Positions 1-13,000 of a DNA stretch of 64,000 nucleotides are shown here, one piece after another. This DNA is from Pristiophorus japonicus (Eukaryota). The position numbers and the translations under genes were made by a program. The stretch covers positions 1,178,001-1,242,000 of the forward strand of contig NC_091995.1 in NCBI RefSeq assembly GCF_044704955.1. The letters run 5' to 3'. Position 1 is the stretch's first letter. The number at the start of each line of letters is the position of its first letter. The notes beneath the pieces were generated by a model, which saw nothing but the letters and a program-made list of their open reading frames with translations, made no database searches and was not told where the DNA came from.

Positions 1-24
1 ACAGCCCAATGACCTCCGACAGTG

Positions 25-39
25 GCGCCATCTGGTGGC
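25..39 (-). promoter_or_regulatory. CTCF-binding motif
   Basis: GCCACCAGATGGCGC matches the CCASYAGRKGGCRS core exactly and lies just beyond the candidate tapasin poly(A) site. Confidence 0.6.
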
Positions 40-181
40 TAGTAACTCCAAGCATACATACATGACAGTTTTCTCCCTACCTATCCGAGCGCTGCCAAGA
101 GTGAGAATCCTTCGGAGTGTCTTAGCAACCAGTCGCCTGCAGATCACAAGACACAGAGACAGGTGGAGGGAGAAGCAAACC

Positions 182-187
182 TTTATT
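182..187 (-). terminator. Polyadenylation signal AATAAA (candidate tapasin 3' end)
   Basis: tttatt on the + strand. Downstream on the minus strand: ggtttgcttctcc...tgtctctgtgtcttgtg. Confidence 0.5.
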
Positions 188-921
188 TTTTTTTTTTAAA
201 AACATACTTTCTTGTTGCTTGATTTACATGTTTGAAATTTCTCCACAGCTGACTTAAAAACCACCAAAGAGGGACGTAAAAAAAAAAATTATTGCAAAGG
301 TTGGGAATCTAAAATAAGCATAAAACGACATGAACATCTTCTGGACACTCAGCAACCTCGCTTCGGAGCATAGCCTTTAGTACCTTGAAACTTTACCTGT
401 TTAACCCTCCCCTGGCCTGCTGGCCTCCACATAATGTGGGTAATCCATATCCCTTAATACATTTACCTAAAAAAAATCCATCTATCTCCGTCTTGAAAGC
501 TCCAATTGACCCCCAGCACCGACAGCCTGTTGGAGGAGCGAGCGAGCATGCTGAAATACCAGTTCGACCCCTGCCACCTACTTGCTCTCCCCCTCTCAGC
601 TTAAGGGTACTTCATCGATGCTGGTACAAGATCTGATTGGGGGAGAGGATTGTCTCTGGTCACCACTGGTTACTAACATTAAAGACAGTAGCCAACAAGT
701 ATCTTGTGCTTGAGACCTCCAGTACAATCAGAATAGTGAAAGAAAGAGAGGGCTAGTATTTATACCGCACATTATCATGTTCTCTGGGTATCCCAACCAA
801 TGGATTACTAATAGTGCAGTGTTCTAAGTAAAACTGTCCCTGATCCTGATTTCACTCAAAAGAATGACTTGACAAAAATCCCCCCACTATGTTTACAGTG
901 TCACGAACACACAGACACACA

Positions 922-1235
922 ACATCATCATCATTATAGGTGCTCCCTCGAACGAGGATGACTTGCTTCCATGAGAGTTCACAGATGTTTCAATGGAGGG
1001 CCCGATATTCCAGTCCTGAACTCCAATTGAAGGGTGGAAGATGCCTGAGCCTGGATTGTTTTAACGTGTGGTGACCGTCACACATCAGCCACCACACGGG
1101 GCTTGACAGAGCTCGGCCTTTATCCATTGGCAAGGGTTAACCAGGACGGCTGGAGACCTGCACTGCTGCTGGGACCCAGTGTGCTCACATATCGCAGTGT
1201 GGGCTGGGCCCGTGCTGCCCCTGGGCCCTCGGCTC
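922..1235 (-). mobile_element. Non-autonomous retroposon (SINE-like) with RTE-type 3' tail; copies at ~22315-22725(+) and ~49165-49600(+)
   Basis: Three near-identical copies. The 3' end (gtggaagcaagtc...gagggaccgcctatgatgatg) resembles that of the RTE LINEs in this window. Confidence 0.75.
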
Positions 1236-1239
1236 TTTA

Positions 1240-1975
1240 TATTTACAGTGTCATTAACTCACACACACACACACACCCCCCAGAGGGAATCTCCCCACTG
1301 TGTTTACAGTGTCACTAACACACACACCCCCCCCCCCCCAGAGGGAATCTCCCCCGTGTTTACAGTGTTACTAAAACACACTCACACACACACACGAGGG
1401 AATCTCCCCCCGAGTTTACAGTGTCACTAACACACACACACACACTCACAACCCCCCCAGAGGGAATCTTCCCCCCCCCGTGTTTACAGTGTCACTAACA
1501 CACACACACACCACCCCCCCGAGGGAATCTCCCCCCTGTGTTTACAGTGTCACTAACACACACACACACCACCCCCCCGAGGGAATCTCCCCCCCGTGTT
1601 TACAGTGTCACTAACACACACACACACCCCCCCCAGAGGGAATCTCCCCCCTGTGTTTACAGTGTTACTAACACACACTCACCCCCCAGAGGGAATCTCC
1701 CCCCCGTGTTTACAGTGTCACTAACACACACACACACACACACACAACCCCCCCAGAGGGAATCTCCCAGTGTTTACAGTGTCACTAACACACACACACA
1801 CACACACCCCCCAGAGGGAATCTCCCCCCCGTGTTTACAGTGTCACTAACACAGACACACACACACACACACACACACACAACCCCCCCAGAGGGAATCT
1901 CCCCCTGTGTTTACAGTGTTACTAACACACACTCACCCCCCAGAGGGAATCTCCCCCCCGTGTTTACAGTGTCAC

Positions 1976-2009
<34 letters not shown>

Positions 2010-2205
2010 CCCCCCCAGAGGGAATCTCCCCAGTGTTTACAGTGTCACTAACACACACCCCCCCCAGAGGGAATCTCCCCCTGTGTTTACAGTGTTACTA
2101 AAACACACACACACACGAGGGAATCTCCCCCTGTGTTTACAGTGTTACTAAAACACACACACACACGAGGGAATCTCCCACTTGTGTTTACAGTGTCACT
2201 AACAC
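1240..2205. repeat. Minisatellite, 16 units of about 55-70 bp: TGTTTACAGTGTCACTAA(CA)n(C)nAGAGGGAATCTCCCC
   Basis: Directly visible tandem array; unit length varies through the CA and C tracts. Confidence 0.95.
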
Positions 2206-3671
2206 AAAGAGACTGGGAGAACTGCCTTCCCAACATTTTGAATTTTCAGCAACTAAGCCTAAAACAGTACAGAGCAATGTGGCGCAGAGCAGTTTCAATC
2301 ACAATTATTTCAAGTTTTCAACACAATCTTCAGAGAGTTATTTACATGATCCAATCAGAAAGCAACTGCACCCAATGTAAATGTTTTATAAATCCAAGCC
2401 ACACACAAGCAAGTGGAAAGAGACAAAAACCAAGATACAGTGAGTCTTGCTTCTGTACAGAAAAGCATCGGGCTGGGACTGAGGAGTTGAGTGGCCCCAT
2501 TGCAGCTCCAGCTGGACCTGTAAAAGGAACAAACATTGCTTACTACTGAGGTTCAAGTAGAAGGCCCACCACCACATTCTCCAGAGCAAGTAGGGACTAC
2601 AATAAATGTGGCCATCCCAGCGATGAACATAAAAACAGAAGAAATAGGAGCAGGAGTAGGCCATGCGGCCCCTCGAGCCTGCTCCATTTAATACGATCAT
2701 TGCTGATCCGATCATAGACTCAGCTCCACTTCCCTGCCTGCTCCCCATAACCCCTTTATTCCCTTATACCTGTTGATGAATGCATCATAACAAAGCTGGT
2801 CTATTTACATCACTGCTGTACACTGATCACAGAGAACACATCTTGGTGGTGAGGGGCATACAGACCTGCATTCCTCAGTCTATCTCACACTGTCCCTTCT
2901 GCACACAGTAAGTATACAGCCCACAGTGAGCTTGGTCTAGTATAGACCCACAGTGAGCTACTACAGAGATCAACTAATGCAAATTACTTGATAAAGCGAC
3001 TGAAGATATGGGTGAGGGGTGAGGCATTGATAAAAATCATTACTGTCACCAATCTAAAGATAATTCGTTACACAAGTCACTTGCGAAAGTATCTCTCAAA
3101 CACACAGCCATGTCTCAGGCTGTTGTAACCATCAGGTGAGGGAGATTGAGCAAGAGAGTGCATTATATTGGTAACAGAGTGAAGAACTCTCACTACACAA
3201 TTCCCTCAGCACTACCACCTACTGGTCACCAGTTCTTACCCAAACCTCAGTCATAAGACTTACCAGTTTCTCGTTCTTGGCTAAACCCTCAGTCATAAGA
3301 TACTCAGCCCTAAGTCGTTAGGCTCGAGGGGCCGTATGGCCCAATCCTGCTCCTATTTCTTATGTTCTTACCTAATGCTTCCTTTTATCTTACCCAAGAC
3401 CAAGAAACAAGTCTTTTATTGGATCAAGTGGCAGTTCACTGCATGTAGAAGCCAGTGATGTTGACCAAACACTGAGGATATTAACCTCTTTTGTCCAGTC
3501 TGGAAAGCTCATATCCAAACACCCGCCATCCCAACAAGTCCAGTCTAGTATCGAGTTCTGCTTGTGCTCGGCTTCGCTCTCTCTCTCTCTGTCTCTCTCT
3601 CTCTCTGTCTGTCTGTCTGTCTGCCTCTCTCTCTCTCTCTCTCTCTCTCCGTCTCTGCCTCTCTCTGCCTC

Positions 3672-6172
3672 TCCAGTGGTGTACATTTAAGGAGATATTT
3701 CACAACTCTCAAGAAAAATATATTACAGTGAGGAGGAAAGGGTGTAAGAGAAAAGATAGCCATCCGTGGCTAACTAAAGAAATAAAGGACAGTATCCAAT
3801 TAAAAACAAGGGCATACAAAGTGACCAAAACTAGTGGGAGGACAGAGGGGAGTTAGATGTGGCCCTTACGGCCAAAGGAATCAAGGGGTATGGAGAGAAA
3901 GCAGGAAAGGGATACTGAAGAAATGATCAGCCATAATCTTATTGAATGGTGGTGCAGGCTCAAAGGGCCGAATGGCCTACTCCTGCACCTATTTTCTATG
4001 TTTCTATGTTTTTATGTAGCTTTTAAAAGCCAGCAAAGAACAATTAAAAAAATGATTAAGAAAGGGAAGATAGCCTATGAAAGTAAACTAGCACAAGATA
4101 TAAAAACAGATAGCAAGAGTTTCTATAGGTATATAAAAAGGAAAAGAGTGGCTAAAGTAAATGTTGGTCCCTTAGAGGATGAGACCGGGGAATTAGTAAT
4201 GCGGAACATGGAGATGGTAGAAACTCTGAACAAATATTTTGTATTAGTCTTTACGGTAGAGGACACGAATAATATTCCGACAGTGGATAGTCAAGGGGCT
4301 ATAGGGGGAGAGGAACGTAACACAATCACAATAAGGAGGTGGTACTCAGTACTCTAATGGGGCAAAAGGCAGATAAATCCCCTGGACCTGATGGCTTGCA
4401 TCCTTAAGAGAAGTAGCGGCAGGGATTGTGGATGCATTGATTGTAATTTACCAAAATTCCCTGGATTCTGGGGAGGTCCCAGCAGATTGGAAAACTGCAA
4501 ATGTAACGCCCCTATTTAAAAAAGGAGGCAGACAAAAAGCAGGAAACTATAGACCAGTTAGCCCAACATCTGTGGTTGGGAAAATGTTGGCGTCAATTTG
4601 TCATGTATTTCACCATCTTGCAATGACAATAGTTATGTAACTGTATCTCATGTACACTTTACCTGTACCCTTGTAATGCACACCCTGACCACAGGGGGTG
4701 AGCTTGCAGGAGTGAGCTCCTCACCTGGGCTTCCAGGTATAAAAGGGGAGGTCCCACCCAGGATCAATGCTCTTTAGTCCTGGGAATAAAGTGAAGGTCA
4801 CAGAGTGACCGTGTCTGATATATCCATGCCTCGTGTGAGTTTGTAACAAGGTGCAGAGACACTACACAATTATTAAAGAAGCAGTAGCAGGACATTTGGA
4901 AAAGCAAAATTCAGTCAGGCAGAGTCAGCATGGATTTATGAAGGGGAAGTCATGTTTGACAAATTTGTTGAAATTCTTTGAGGATGTAATGAACAGGGTG
5001 GATAAAGGGGAACCAGTGGATGTGCTGTATTTGGACTTCCAGAAGGCATCTGACAAGGTGCCACATAAAAGGTTACTGCACAAGATAAAAGTTCACAGGG
5101 TTGGGGGTAATATATTAGCATGGATAGAGGATTGGCTAACTAACAGAAAACAGAGAGTCAGGATAAATGGTTCATTCTCTCGTTGGCAACTAGTAACTAG
5201 TGGGATGTCGCAGGGATCAGTGCTGGGACCCCAACTATTTACAATCTATATTAACGACTTGGAAGAAGGGACTGAGTGTAACGTAGCCAAGTTTTCTGAC
5301 GATACAAAGATGGGAAGAAAAGTATTGTGTGAGGAGGACACAAAAAATCTGCAAAAGGACAAAGACAGGCTAAGTGAGTGGGCAAAAATTTGCAGAAAAA
5401 AATCAAAGAGCAAGTTATTATTTAAATGGAGAAAGATTGCAAAGTGCCACAGTACAGCGGGACCTGGAGGTACTTGTGCATGAAACACAAAAGGATAGTA
5501 TGCAGTTACAGCAAGTGATCAGAAAGGCCAATGGTATCTTGGCCTTTATTGCAAAAGGAATGGAGTATAAAAGCAGGGAAGTCTTACTGCAGCTATATAA
5601 TGTATTGGTGAGGCCACACCTGGAATACTGCGTGCAGTTTTGGTTTTCATATTTACAAAAGGATATACTTGCTTTGGAGGCAGTTCAGAGAAGGTTCACT
5701 CGGTTGATTCCGGGGATGAGGGGGTTGACTTATGAGGAATGGTTGAGGAGGTTGGGCCTCTACTCATTGGAATTCAGAAGAATGAGAAGTGATCTTATCG
5801 AAACGTATAAGATTATGAGGGAGCTTGACAAGGTGGATGCAGAGAGGATGTTTCCACTGATGGGGGAGACTAGAACGAGAGGTGATCTTAGAATAAGGGG
5901 TCACCCATTTAAAACTGAGATGAGGAGGAATTTCTTCTCTCAGAGGGTTGTAAATCTGTGGAATTCGCTGCCTCAGAGAGCTGTGGAAGCTGGGACATTG
6001 AATAAATTTAAGACAGAGATAGACAATTTCTTAAACGCTAAGGGATTATGGGGAGCGGGCAGGGAAGTGGAGCTGAGTCCATGATCAGATCAGCTATGAT
6101 CGTATTAAATGGCGGAGCAGGCTCGAGAGGCCGTATGGCCTACTCCTGCTCCTATTTCTTTTGTTCTTTTGT
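3672..6172 (+). mobile_element. CR1 LINE, 5'-truncated and degenerate, with a nested CR1 fragment and solo LTR
   Basis: RT motifs QHGFMKGKSCLTNL, PQGSVLGP-like, [17 protein letters not shown]; characteristic 3' tail. Confidence 0.9.
4599..4866 (+). mobile_element. Solo LTR (268 bp) inserted in a CR1
   Basis: TG...CA ends, 5-bp TSD CAATT (4594-4598 and 4867-4871), TATAAAA near 4738 and AATAAA at 4785-4790. The CR1 sequence resumes across it. Confidence 0.85.
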
Positions 6173-6592
6173 TCTCTCTGTCTCACTCACTCTGCCTCTC
6201 TCTCTCTTTCACTCACTCTCCCTCTGCCTCGCTCTCTCTCTCTCTCTCTCTGCCGCTCACTCTCCCTCTGCCTCACTTTCTCTACCCCTCTCTCTGTCCC
6301 TGCCTCACTTTCTCTACCCCTCTCTCTGCCCCTCCCTCTGCCTCACTTTCTCTACCCCTCTCTCTCTGCCCCGCACCCTCCCTCTGCCCCTCTCTCATTC
6401 TCCCTCTCTGTCCCTCTCTTGCNNNNNNNNNNNNNNNNNNNNNNNNNNNNNNNNNNNNNNNNNNNNNNNNNNNNNNNNNNNNNNNNNNNNNNNNNNNNNN
6501 NNNNNNNNNNNNNNNNNNNNNNNNNNNNNNNNNNNNNNNNNNNNNNNNNNNNNNNNNNNNNTACCGCCCCACACCCCCCTCCCTCCCCCCCG

Positions 6593-6623
<31 letters not shown>

Positions 6624-6755
6624 CCTCTGTCGCTCTCTCACGCTGTCTCAGTCTACCGCCCCACCCCCCTCCCCCCCGCTCTCTCTGCCCCTCTCTCGCT
6701 CTCTCAGCCTACTGCCCCACCCCCCCTCCCCCCCGCTCTCTCTGCCCCTCTCTCT
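6173..6755. repeat. (CT)-rich low-complexity repeat spanning assembly gap 6423-6561
   Basis: CT/CCCT repeats with 139 N. Confidence 0.95.
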
Positions 6756-7001
6756 TGTGAAATTGGAACTGGAAATCTAGGTAATGGGGAGGCAGCGCAG
6801 TTTGTCAAGTGATGGTACTCGCCACAGCTTGGTGTCACGGTGTAGACAGATGGTCTGTGGAGCAACGCCTGCCATTTACTGACTGTGAAATGGAGAGGTG
6901 AATGGTAACAGGGGCTTACATCATGCACTGGAGACGGGAGGGATTCTCAGCTTATACGTACCGTCAATGCTTCAGCTCCTCACTGACCGCAGTCCAAGGG
7001 T

Positions 7002-7016
7002 TTATTCACTTTTCCC
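7002..7016 (-). CDS. TAPBP: Tapasin exon 8 coding part (GKSE-stop)
   Basis: tcttttcttccctctctattccag|GGG AAA AGT GAA TAA. Completes the KxKxx dilysine ER-retrieval motif (K-G-K-S-E). Confidence 0.85.
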   Translation of the reverse strand, partial: GKSE

Positions 7017-10000
7017 CTGGAATAGAGAGGGAAGAAAAGACCAGAATGTAGTGACAAGTAACAGACAGTGTTTGACCTCTCTGCCTGAGACTAAGAGTCC
7101 ATTTCCACTTGCTGCACCTTGACCTGAGAGTAAAGCAGACACACCAGTCTCTTGCTAACCCAATTTCTCCCTTTTACTTGCTTTGGAGGTGAGAAGGAGG
7201 AACTGAAGGAAATCCTTATTAGGTGGGAAATTGTGTTCGGGAAATTGATAGGATTGAAGGCCGATAAATCCCCGGGGCCTGATAGTCTGCATCCCAGAGT
7301 ACTTAAGGAAGTAGCCCTAGAAATAGTGGATGCATTGGTGATCATTTTCCAACAGTCTATCAACTCTGGATCAGTTCCTATGGACTGGAGGGTAGCTAAT
7401 GTAACATCACTTTTTAAGAAAGGAGGGAGAGAGAAAACGGGTAATTATAGACCAGTTAGTCTGACATCAGTAGTGGGGAAAAATATTGGAATCAATTATT
7501 AAAGATGAAATCGCAGCACATTTGGAAAGCAGTGACGGGATCGGTCCAAGTCAGCATGGATTTATGAAAGGGAAATCATGCTTGACAAATCTTCTAGAAT
7601 TATTTGAGAATGTAACTAGTAGACTGGACAAGGGAGAACCAATGGATGTGGTGTATTTGGACTTTCAAAAGGCTTTTGACAAGGTCACACACAAGAGACT
7701 GGTGTGCAAAATTAAAGTACATGGCATTGGGGGTAATGTACTGACATGGATAGAGAACTGGTTGGCAGACAGGAAGCAGAGAGTCGGGATAAACGGCTCC
7801 TTTTCAGAATGACAGGTAGTGACTAGTGGAGTGCCGCAGAGCTCAGTGCTGGGACCCCAGCTATTTACAATATACATTAATGATTTGGATGAGGGAATTG
7901 AGTGTAATATCTCCAAGTTTGCAGATGACACTAAACTGGGTGGCGGTGTGAGCTGTGAGGAGGACGCGAAGAGGCTGCAGGGTGACTTAGACAGGTTAGG
8001 TGAATGGACAAACGTGTGGCTGATGCAGTATAATGTGGATAAATGTGAGGTTATCCACTTTGGTAGCAAAAACACGAAGGCAGAATATTATCTGAAGATG
8101 GCAGATTAGGAAAAGGGGAGGTGCAACGAGACCTGGGTGTCATGGTACATCAGTCATTGAAAGTTGGCATGCAGGTACAGCAGGCGGTGAAGGCGGCAAA
8201 TGGTATGTTGGCCTTCATAGTGAGAGGATTTGAGTATAGGAGCAGGGAGGTCTTACTGCAGTTGTACAGGGCCTTGGTGAGCCCTCACCTGGAATATTGT
8301 GTTCAGTTTTGGTCTCCTAATCGGATTTCTTGCTATTGAGGGAGCAAAGGTTCACCATACTGATTCCAGGGATGGTAGGACTGACATATGAGGAGAGACT
8401 GGATCAACTGGGCCTGTATTCATTGGAGTTTAGAAGGATGAGAGGGGGTCTCATAGCAACATATAAAATTTTGACGGGACTGGACAGGTTAGATACAGGA
8501 AGAATGTTTCTGATATTGGGGAAGTCCAGAACCAGTGGACATAGTCTTAGGATAAGGGGTAAGCTATTTAGGACTGAGATGAGGAGACACTTCTTCACTC
8601 AGAGTTGTTAACCTGTGGAATTCCCTACCGCAGAGAGTTGTTGATGCCAGTTCATTGGATATATTCAAGAGGGAGTTAGATATGGCGTTTACGGCTAAGG
8701 GGATCAAGGGATATGGAGAGAAAGCAGGAAAGGGGTACTGAGGGAATGATCAACCATGATCTTATTGAATGGCGGTGCAGGCTCGAAGGGCCGAATGGCC
8801 TACTCCTGCACCTATTTTCTATGTTTTTATGTTTCTATGTTTCAGAGAAGGTTCACTTGGTTGATTCTGGAGATTAGGGGGTTGATTATGAGGAAAGGTT
8901 GAGTCGGTTGGGCCTCTACTCATTGTAATTCAGAAGAATGAGAGGTGATCTTATCAAAACATATAAGATTATGAGATGGATGCAGAGAGGATGTTTCCAC
9001 TGATGGGGGAGACTAGAACTAGGGGGCATAATCTTATAATAAGGGGCTGCCCATTTAAAACTGAGATGAGGAGGAATTTCTTCTCTCAGAGGATTGTAAA
9101 TCTGTGGAATTTGCTGCCTCGGAGAGCTGTGGAAGCCGGGACATTGAATAAATTTAAGACCGAAATAGATATTTTCTTAAATGGTAAGGGAATAAGAGGT
9201 TATGGGGAGCGGGCAGAGAAGTGGAGCTGAGTCTATGATCGGATCAGCAATGATTGTATTAAATGGCGGAGCAGGCTCCAGGGGCCGTATGGCCTACTCC
9301 TGCTCCTATTTCTTATATTCTTATGAAGGCAATGATTTCATTGTGGGCTCCACAAGCACGGTCGACCCCTTACCCAGATGGTTACTGTTCATGTGGGCAT
9401 CTTGACAGTGACTGACTATCCAACCAGTTGATTCTGACCCAGTCAGAACCACAGGGGTCACAGTCTCAGAATAAGGGGTCGGCCATTTAAGACTGAGATG
9501 AGGAGAAACTTTTTCACTCAGAGGGTGGTAAATCTTATCGAAACGTGTAAGATTATGAGGGGGCTTGACAAGGTGGATGCAGAGAGGATGTTTCCACTGA
9601 TGGGGGAGACTAGAGCTAAGGGGCATGATCTTAGAATAAGGGGCCACCCATTTAAAACTGAGATGAGGAGAAATTTACTTTCTCGGAGGGTTGTAAATCT
9701 GTGGAATTCGCTGCTCCAGAGAGCTGTGGAAGCTGGGTCATTGAATAAATTTAAAACAGAAATAGACAGTTTCTTAACCGATAAGGGAATAAGGGGTTAT
9801 GGGGAGCGGGCAGGGAAGTGGAGCTGAGTCCATGATCAGATCAGCCATGTTCGTATTAAATGGCGGAGCAGGCTCGAGGGGCCATATGGCCTACTCCTGC
9901 TCCTATTTCTGATGTTCTTATGCTCTAAGAACTGCCCCAACCAGAAGGATCGCCCCACACCATCTCTGCTCCCTTCTCTCCAAACGGCGAGTTGGAGGGA

Positions 10001-13000
10001 GCTACTGTTAGCCCTGACTGCCCGACCTGCTGCCTCAGTTAATGGAAATATTTGGAGCTTGTGTCGATCTTTTACCTTGGTTTCTTCCATTGAGCCAAAT
10101 ACAAGAGGATAAACTGTTGGAGAGAAAAGAAACAGTGGTGATTTTCAGATGTGATCCCTTCTCTCAACAACATACACCGCTTTGAAGCTGACGGCCCAGA
10201 AATCCCGGCCTCCCCAGGTCTGTACGGCGTGTGTAGGGACCCGGGAAAGCATCGCAAAAGTCGTTTTCAACGCACAATGCGCATGTGCTGAAAACCAGCT
10301 TTTCCCATTTGTCAAGTTTCTGGCTCAACAATCATCCACATCTCGGGAGCGAGGACATTCGGTTGGGCAAGATTGCGGGATTTACTCATATCTTGCCGGG
10401 CAAATGTCCTTAAAACTCTGCGCCTGATAAAAGCAGGCGTATAGCCGCCTGTTACAGGTGTAAGAGTTTAAAACATACAAAATACAATTAAATTACATTT
10501 TAAAAACACACATTTTTAAAAATCCTGCCCACTACGTTGCATTTATTTTTAACCATAATTAAAACTTTTTTTAAACATCAGCATTTTTTTTCTTTAAAAA
10601 ACATTTCTATCAACTTTAATTTCGATAGTGTATTTATGTGAGGTGTTTTTTTTAATGTTTTATGTAGTATTTGGGTGTTTCTCATTCACAGTAATAGGAG
10701 TTTCGGATTTACAAAACTCCTATTACTGCGAATGAGAAAACTTTACCGTGATTGGGTGCCCAGGCCCACGTGACTCCTGCGGAAGTCCCGACATGAACGC
10801 GCTACGTTGCGCAAGAAGAGGAGGCCTCGAATCCGGGATCTCGGGCAGGCGTTCGACCAAAAGGTAAGTGTGCAAAACTACCACCAAGCTCATGGTCTAC
10901 AGGGCTGTAGTGATACCCGCCCTCCTGTATGGTTTAGAGACATGGACCATGTACAGTAGGCACTTCAAGTCACTGGAGAAATACCACCAACGATGTCTCC
11001 GCAAGATCCTACAAATCCCCTGGGAGGACAGACGCACCAACGTTAGCGTCCTCGACCAGGCCAACATCCCCAGCTTCGAAGCACTGACCACACTCGATCA
11101 GCTCCGCTGGGCAGGCCACATTGTTCGAATGCCAGACACGAGACTCCCAAAGAAAGCGCTCTACTCGGAACTCCTTCGCGGCAAATGAGCCAAAGGTGGG
11201 CAGAGGAAACGTTACAGGGACACCCTCAAAGCCCCACCGACACCTGGGAGTCCATGGCCAAAGACCGCCCTAAGTGGAGGAAGTGCATCCAGGAGGGCGC
11301 TGAGCACCTCGAGTCTCGTCGCCGAGAGCATGAGAAACCAAGCGCAGGCAGCGGAAGGAGCGTGCGGCAAACCAGTTCCACCCTCCCCTTCCCTCAACCA
11401 CTGTCTGTCCCACCTGTGACAGGGACTGTGGTTCTCGTATTGGACTGTTCAGCCATCGAAGAACTCATGTTAAGAGTGGAAGCAAGTCTTCCGCGATTCC
11501 GAGGAACCGCCTATGATGATGATGATGATGATGAAGTGTGCATCTTTACTTTACTTTTAGTCGAATGCCCGCGGGAAGAAGAAACAGGGATCTCTGTGCC
11601 ATCGAAACTGCCCCAAGGCACCTCCCAGCAGCACAATCAGACACAGCACATATGGAGATACTGGGACCGATGACCAGAAGTCTGGCCAAAGTCGGAGGGC
11701 CGGAAATACATTACCGCCCGTTTTGAAGCGGTACTGGTGGCGGGGCGGTAAATCTAGCGCCGGGAAATGGTTTGCGTCTTCAGCCACAAAATTGGGCCCC
11801 GAGTGTGGGGCGGGGCGGGGCGCTAAGGGAGGCGTTCCACACCTCTGAGGGGGCTAGGCCGGCTGAGCATGGGAAGATCCCGAGCTAAAGATTCAGCCTC
11901 CGAGCGCCCAGGGAGGCTTCCCTGGGGAAAAAGAAAATCGGCAAAAAACAACATTCCCAATACCTTACTGACGCCACATAAACATAAATTGCAAACAATA
12001 AAAAGAATTACACTTACCTCGGGTGGGCCTTCCTTCCCTTTCGGTACAGCTCGGACCGCCCGCTTTCCCAGGCGGACCTCCAGAAATCAAATATCAGAGC
12101 AGTGTCACAACCAGGGGGTGTTGCACACCGACTCGCCTCTCCCGGGTGGTACTGCTCCACGCACCCCCCCACCCCACCGTATTCCCAGCACCGGATGTCC
12201 CGGCGGGGAGCTGGGAGCTGGCCACACGCCCAGAAATTATTTCTGCCTCCATTACCGCCCATCAGACAGAGGCGGCGACTAATGAAATTTACACCCCCCC
12301 ATCCCCGCTCCTCCTCGAGGGGCTTTATGGAGCAGCTTAACGGAGGATCGAGAGGTGGAAAGGTTTAGGGAGGGAATTCCATGGCATGTGGCCTCAGCAA
12401 CTGAAGGCACGCCAACCAACGGTGCAGCGATTAAAATCAGGGATGTTCAAGAGGACAGAATTGGAGGAGAGTAGAGATCTCGGAGGGTTGTAGGGCTGGA
12501 GGAAGTTACAGAGATAGGGAAGGGTGTACGGACTGGAGGAGGTTACAGAGATAGGGAGGGTTGTAGGGCTGGAGGAGGTTACAGGGACAGGGAGGTTTGT
12601 GGGGCAGGAGGAGGGTACAGAAATAGGGAGGGGTGTAGGGGCTGGAGGGGATTGCAGAGATAGGGAGAGTTGTAGAGGCTGGAGGTTAGAGAGATAGGGA
12701 GGGTTGTAGTGCTGGAGGAGGTTACAGAGATAGGGAGGGTTGTAGGGCTGGAGGAGGTTACAGAGATAGGGAGGAGTGTAGGGCTGGAGGAGGTTACAGA
12801 GATAGGGAGGGGTGTAGGGGCTGGAGGAGGTTACAGAGATAGGGAGGGTTGTAGGGCTGGAGGAGGTTACAGAGATAGGGAGGGGTGTGGGGCTGGAGGA
12901 GGTTACAGAGATAGGGAGGGGTGTGGGGCTGGAGGAGGATTACAGGGATAGGGAGGGGTGTAGGGCTGGAGGAGGTTACAGGGATAGGGACGGATGTAGG

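Larger units (their letters stand above)
165..2517 (-). other. TAPBP: Probable terminal 3'-UTR exon of tapasin
   Basis: Orphan strong acceptor tttgttccttttacag| at 2518 and donor ACG|gtacgt at 6961, 40 nt after the stop. AATAAA at 187-182 is followed by a GU/U-rich downstream element. Confidence 0.5.

Noticed and set aside
1240-2205. CRISPR-like repeat-spacer array
   Set aside because: The spacers are only variable CA and C tracts; there are no cas genes and the context is vertebrate.
2920-2960. Two CACAGTG heptamers suggesting RAG recombination signals
   Set aside because: No ACAAAAACC nonamer at 12 or 23 spacing.
3390-3580. Possible extra coding exon (…DWTCWDGGC…LGLG|gtaag)
   Set aside because: No acceptor (it is preceded by a GA microsatellite), no recognisable protein similarity and an internal AATAAA; several gtaag motifs nearby look incidental.
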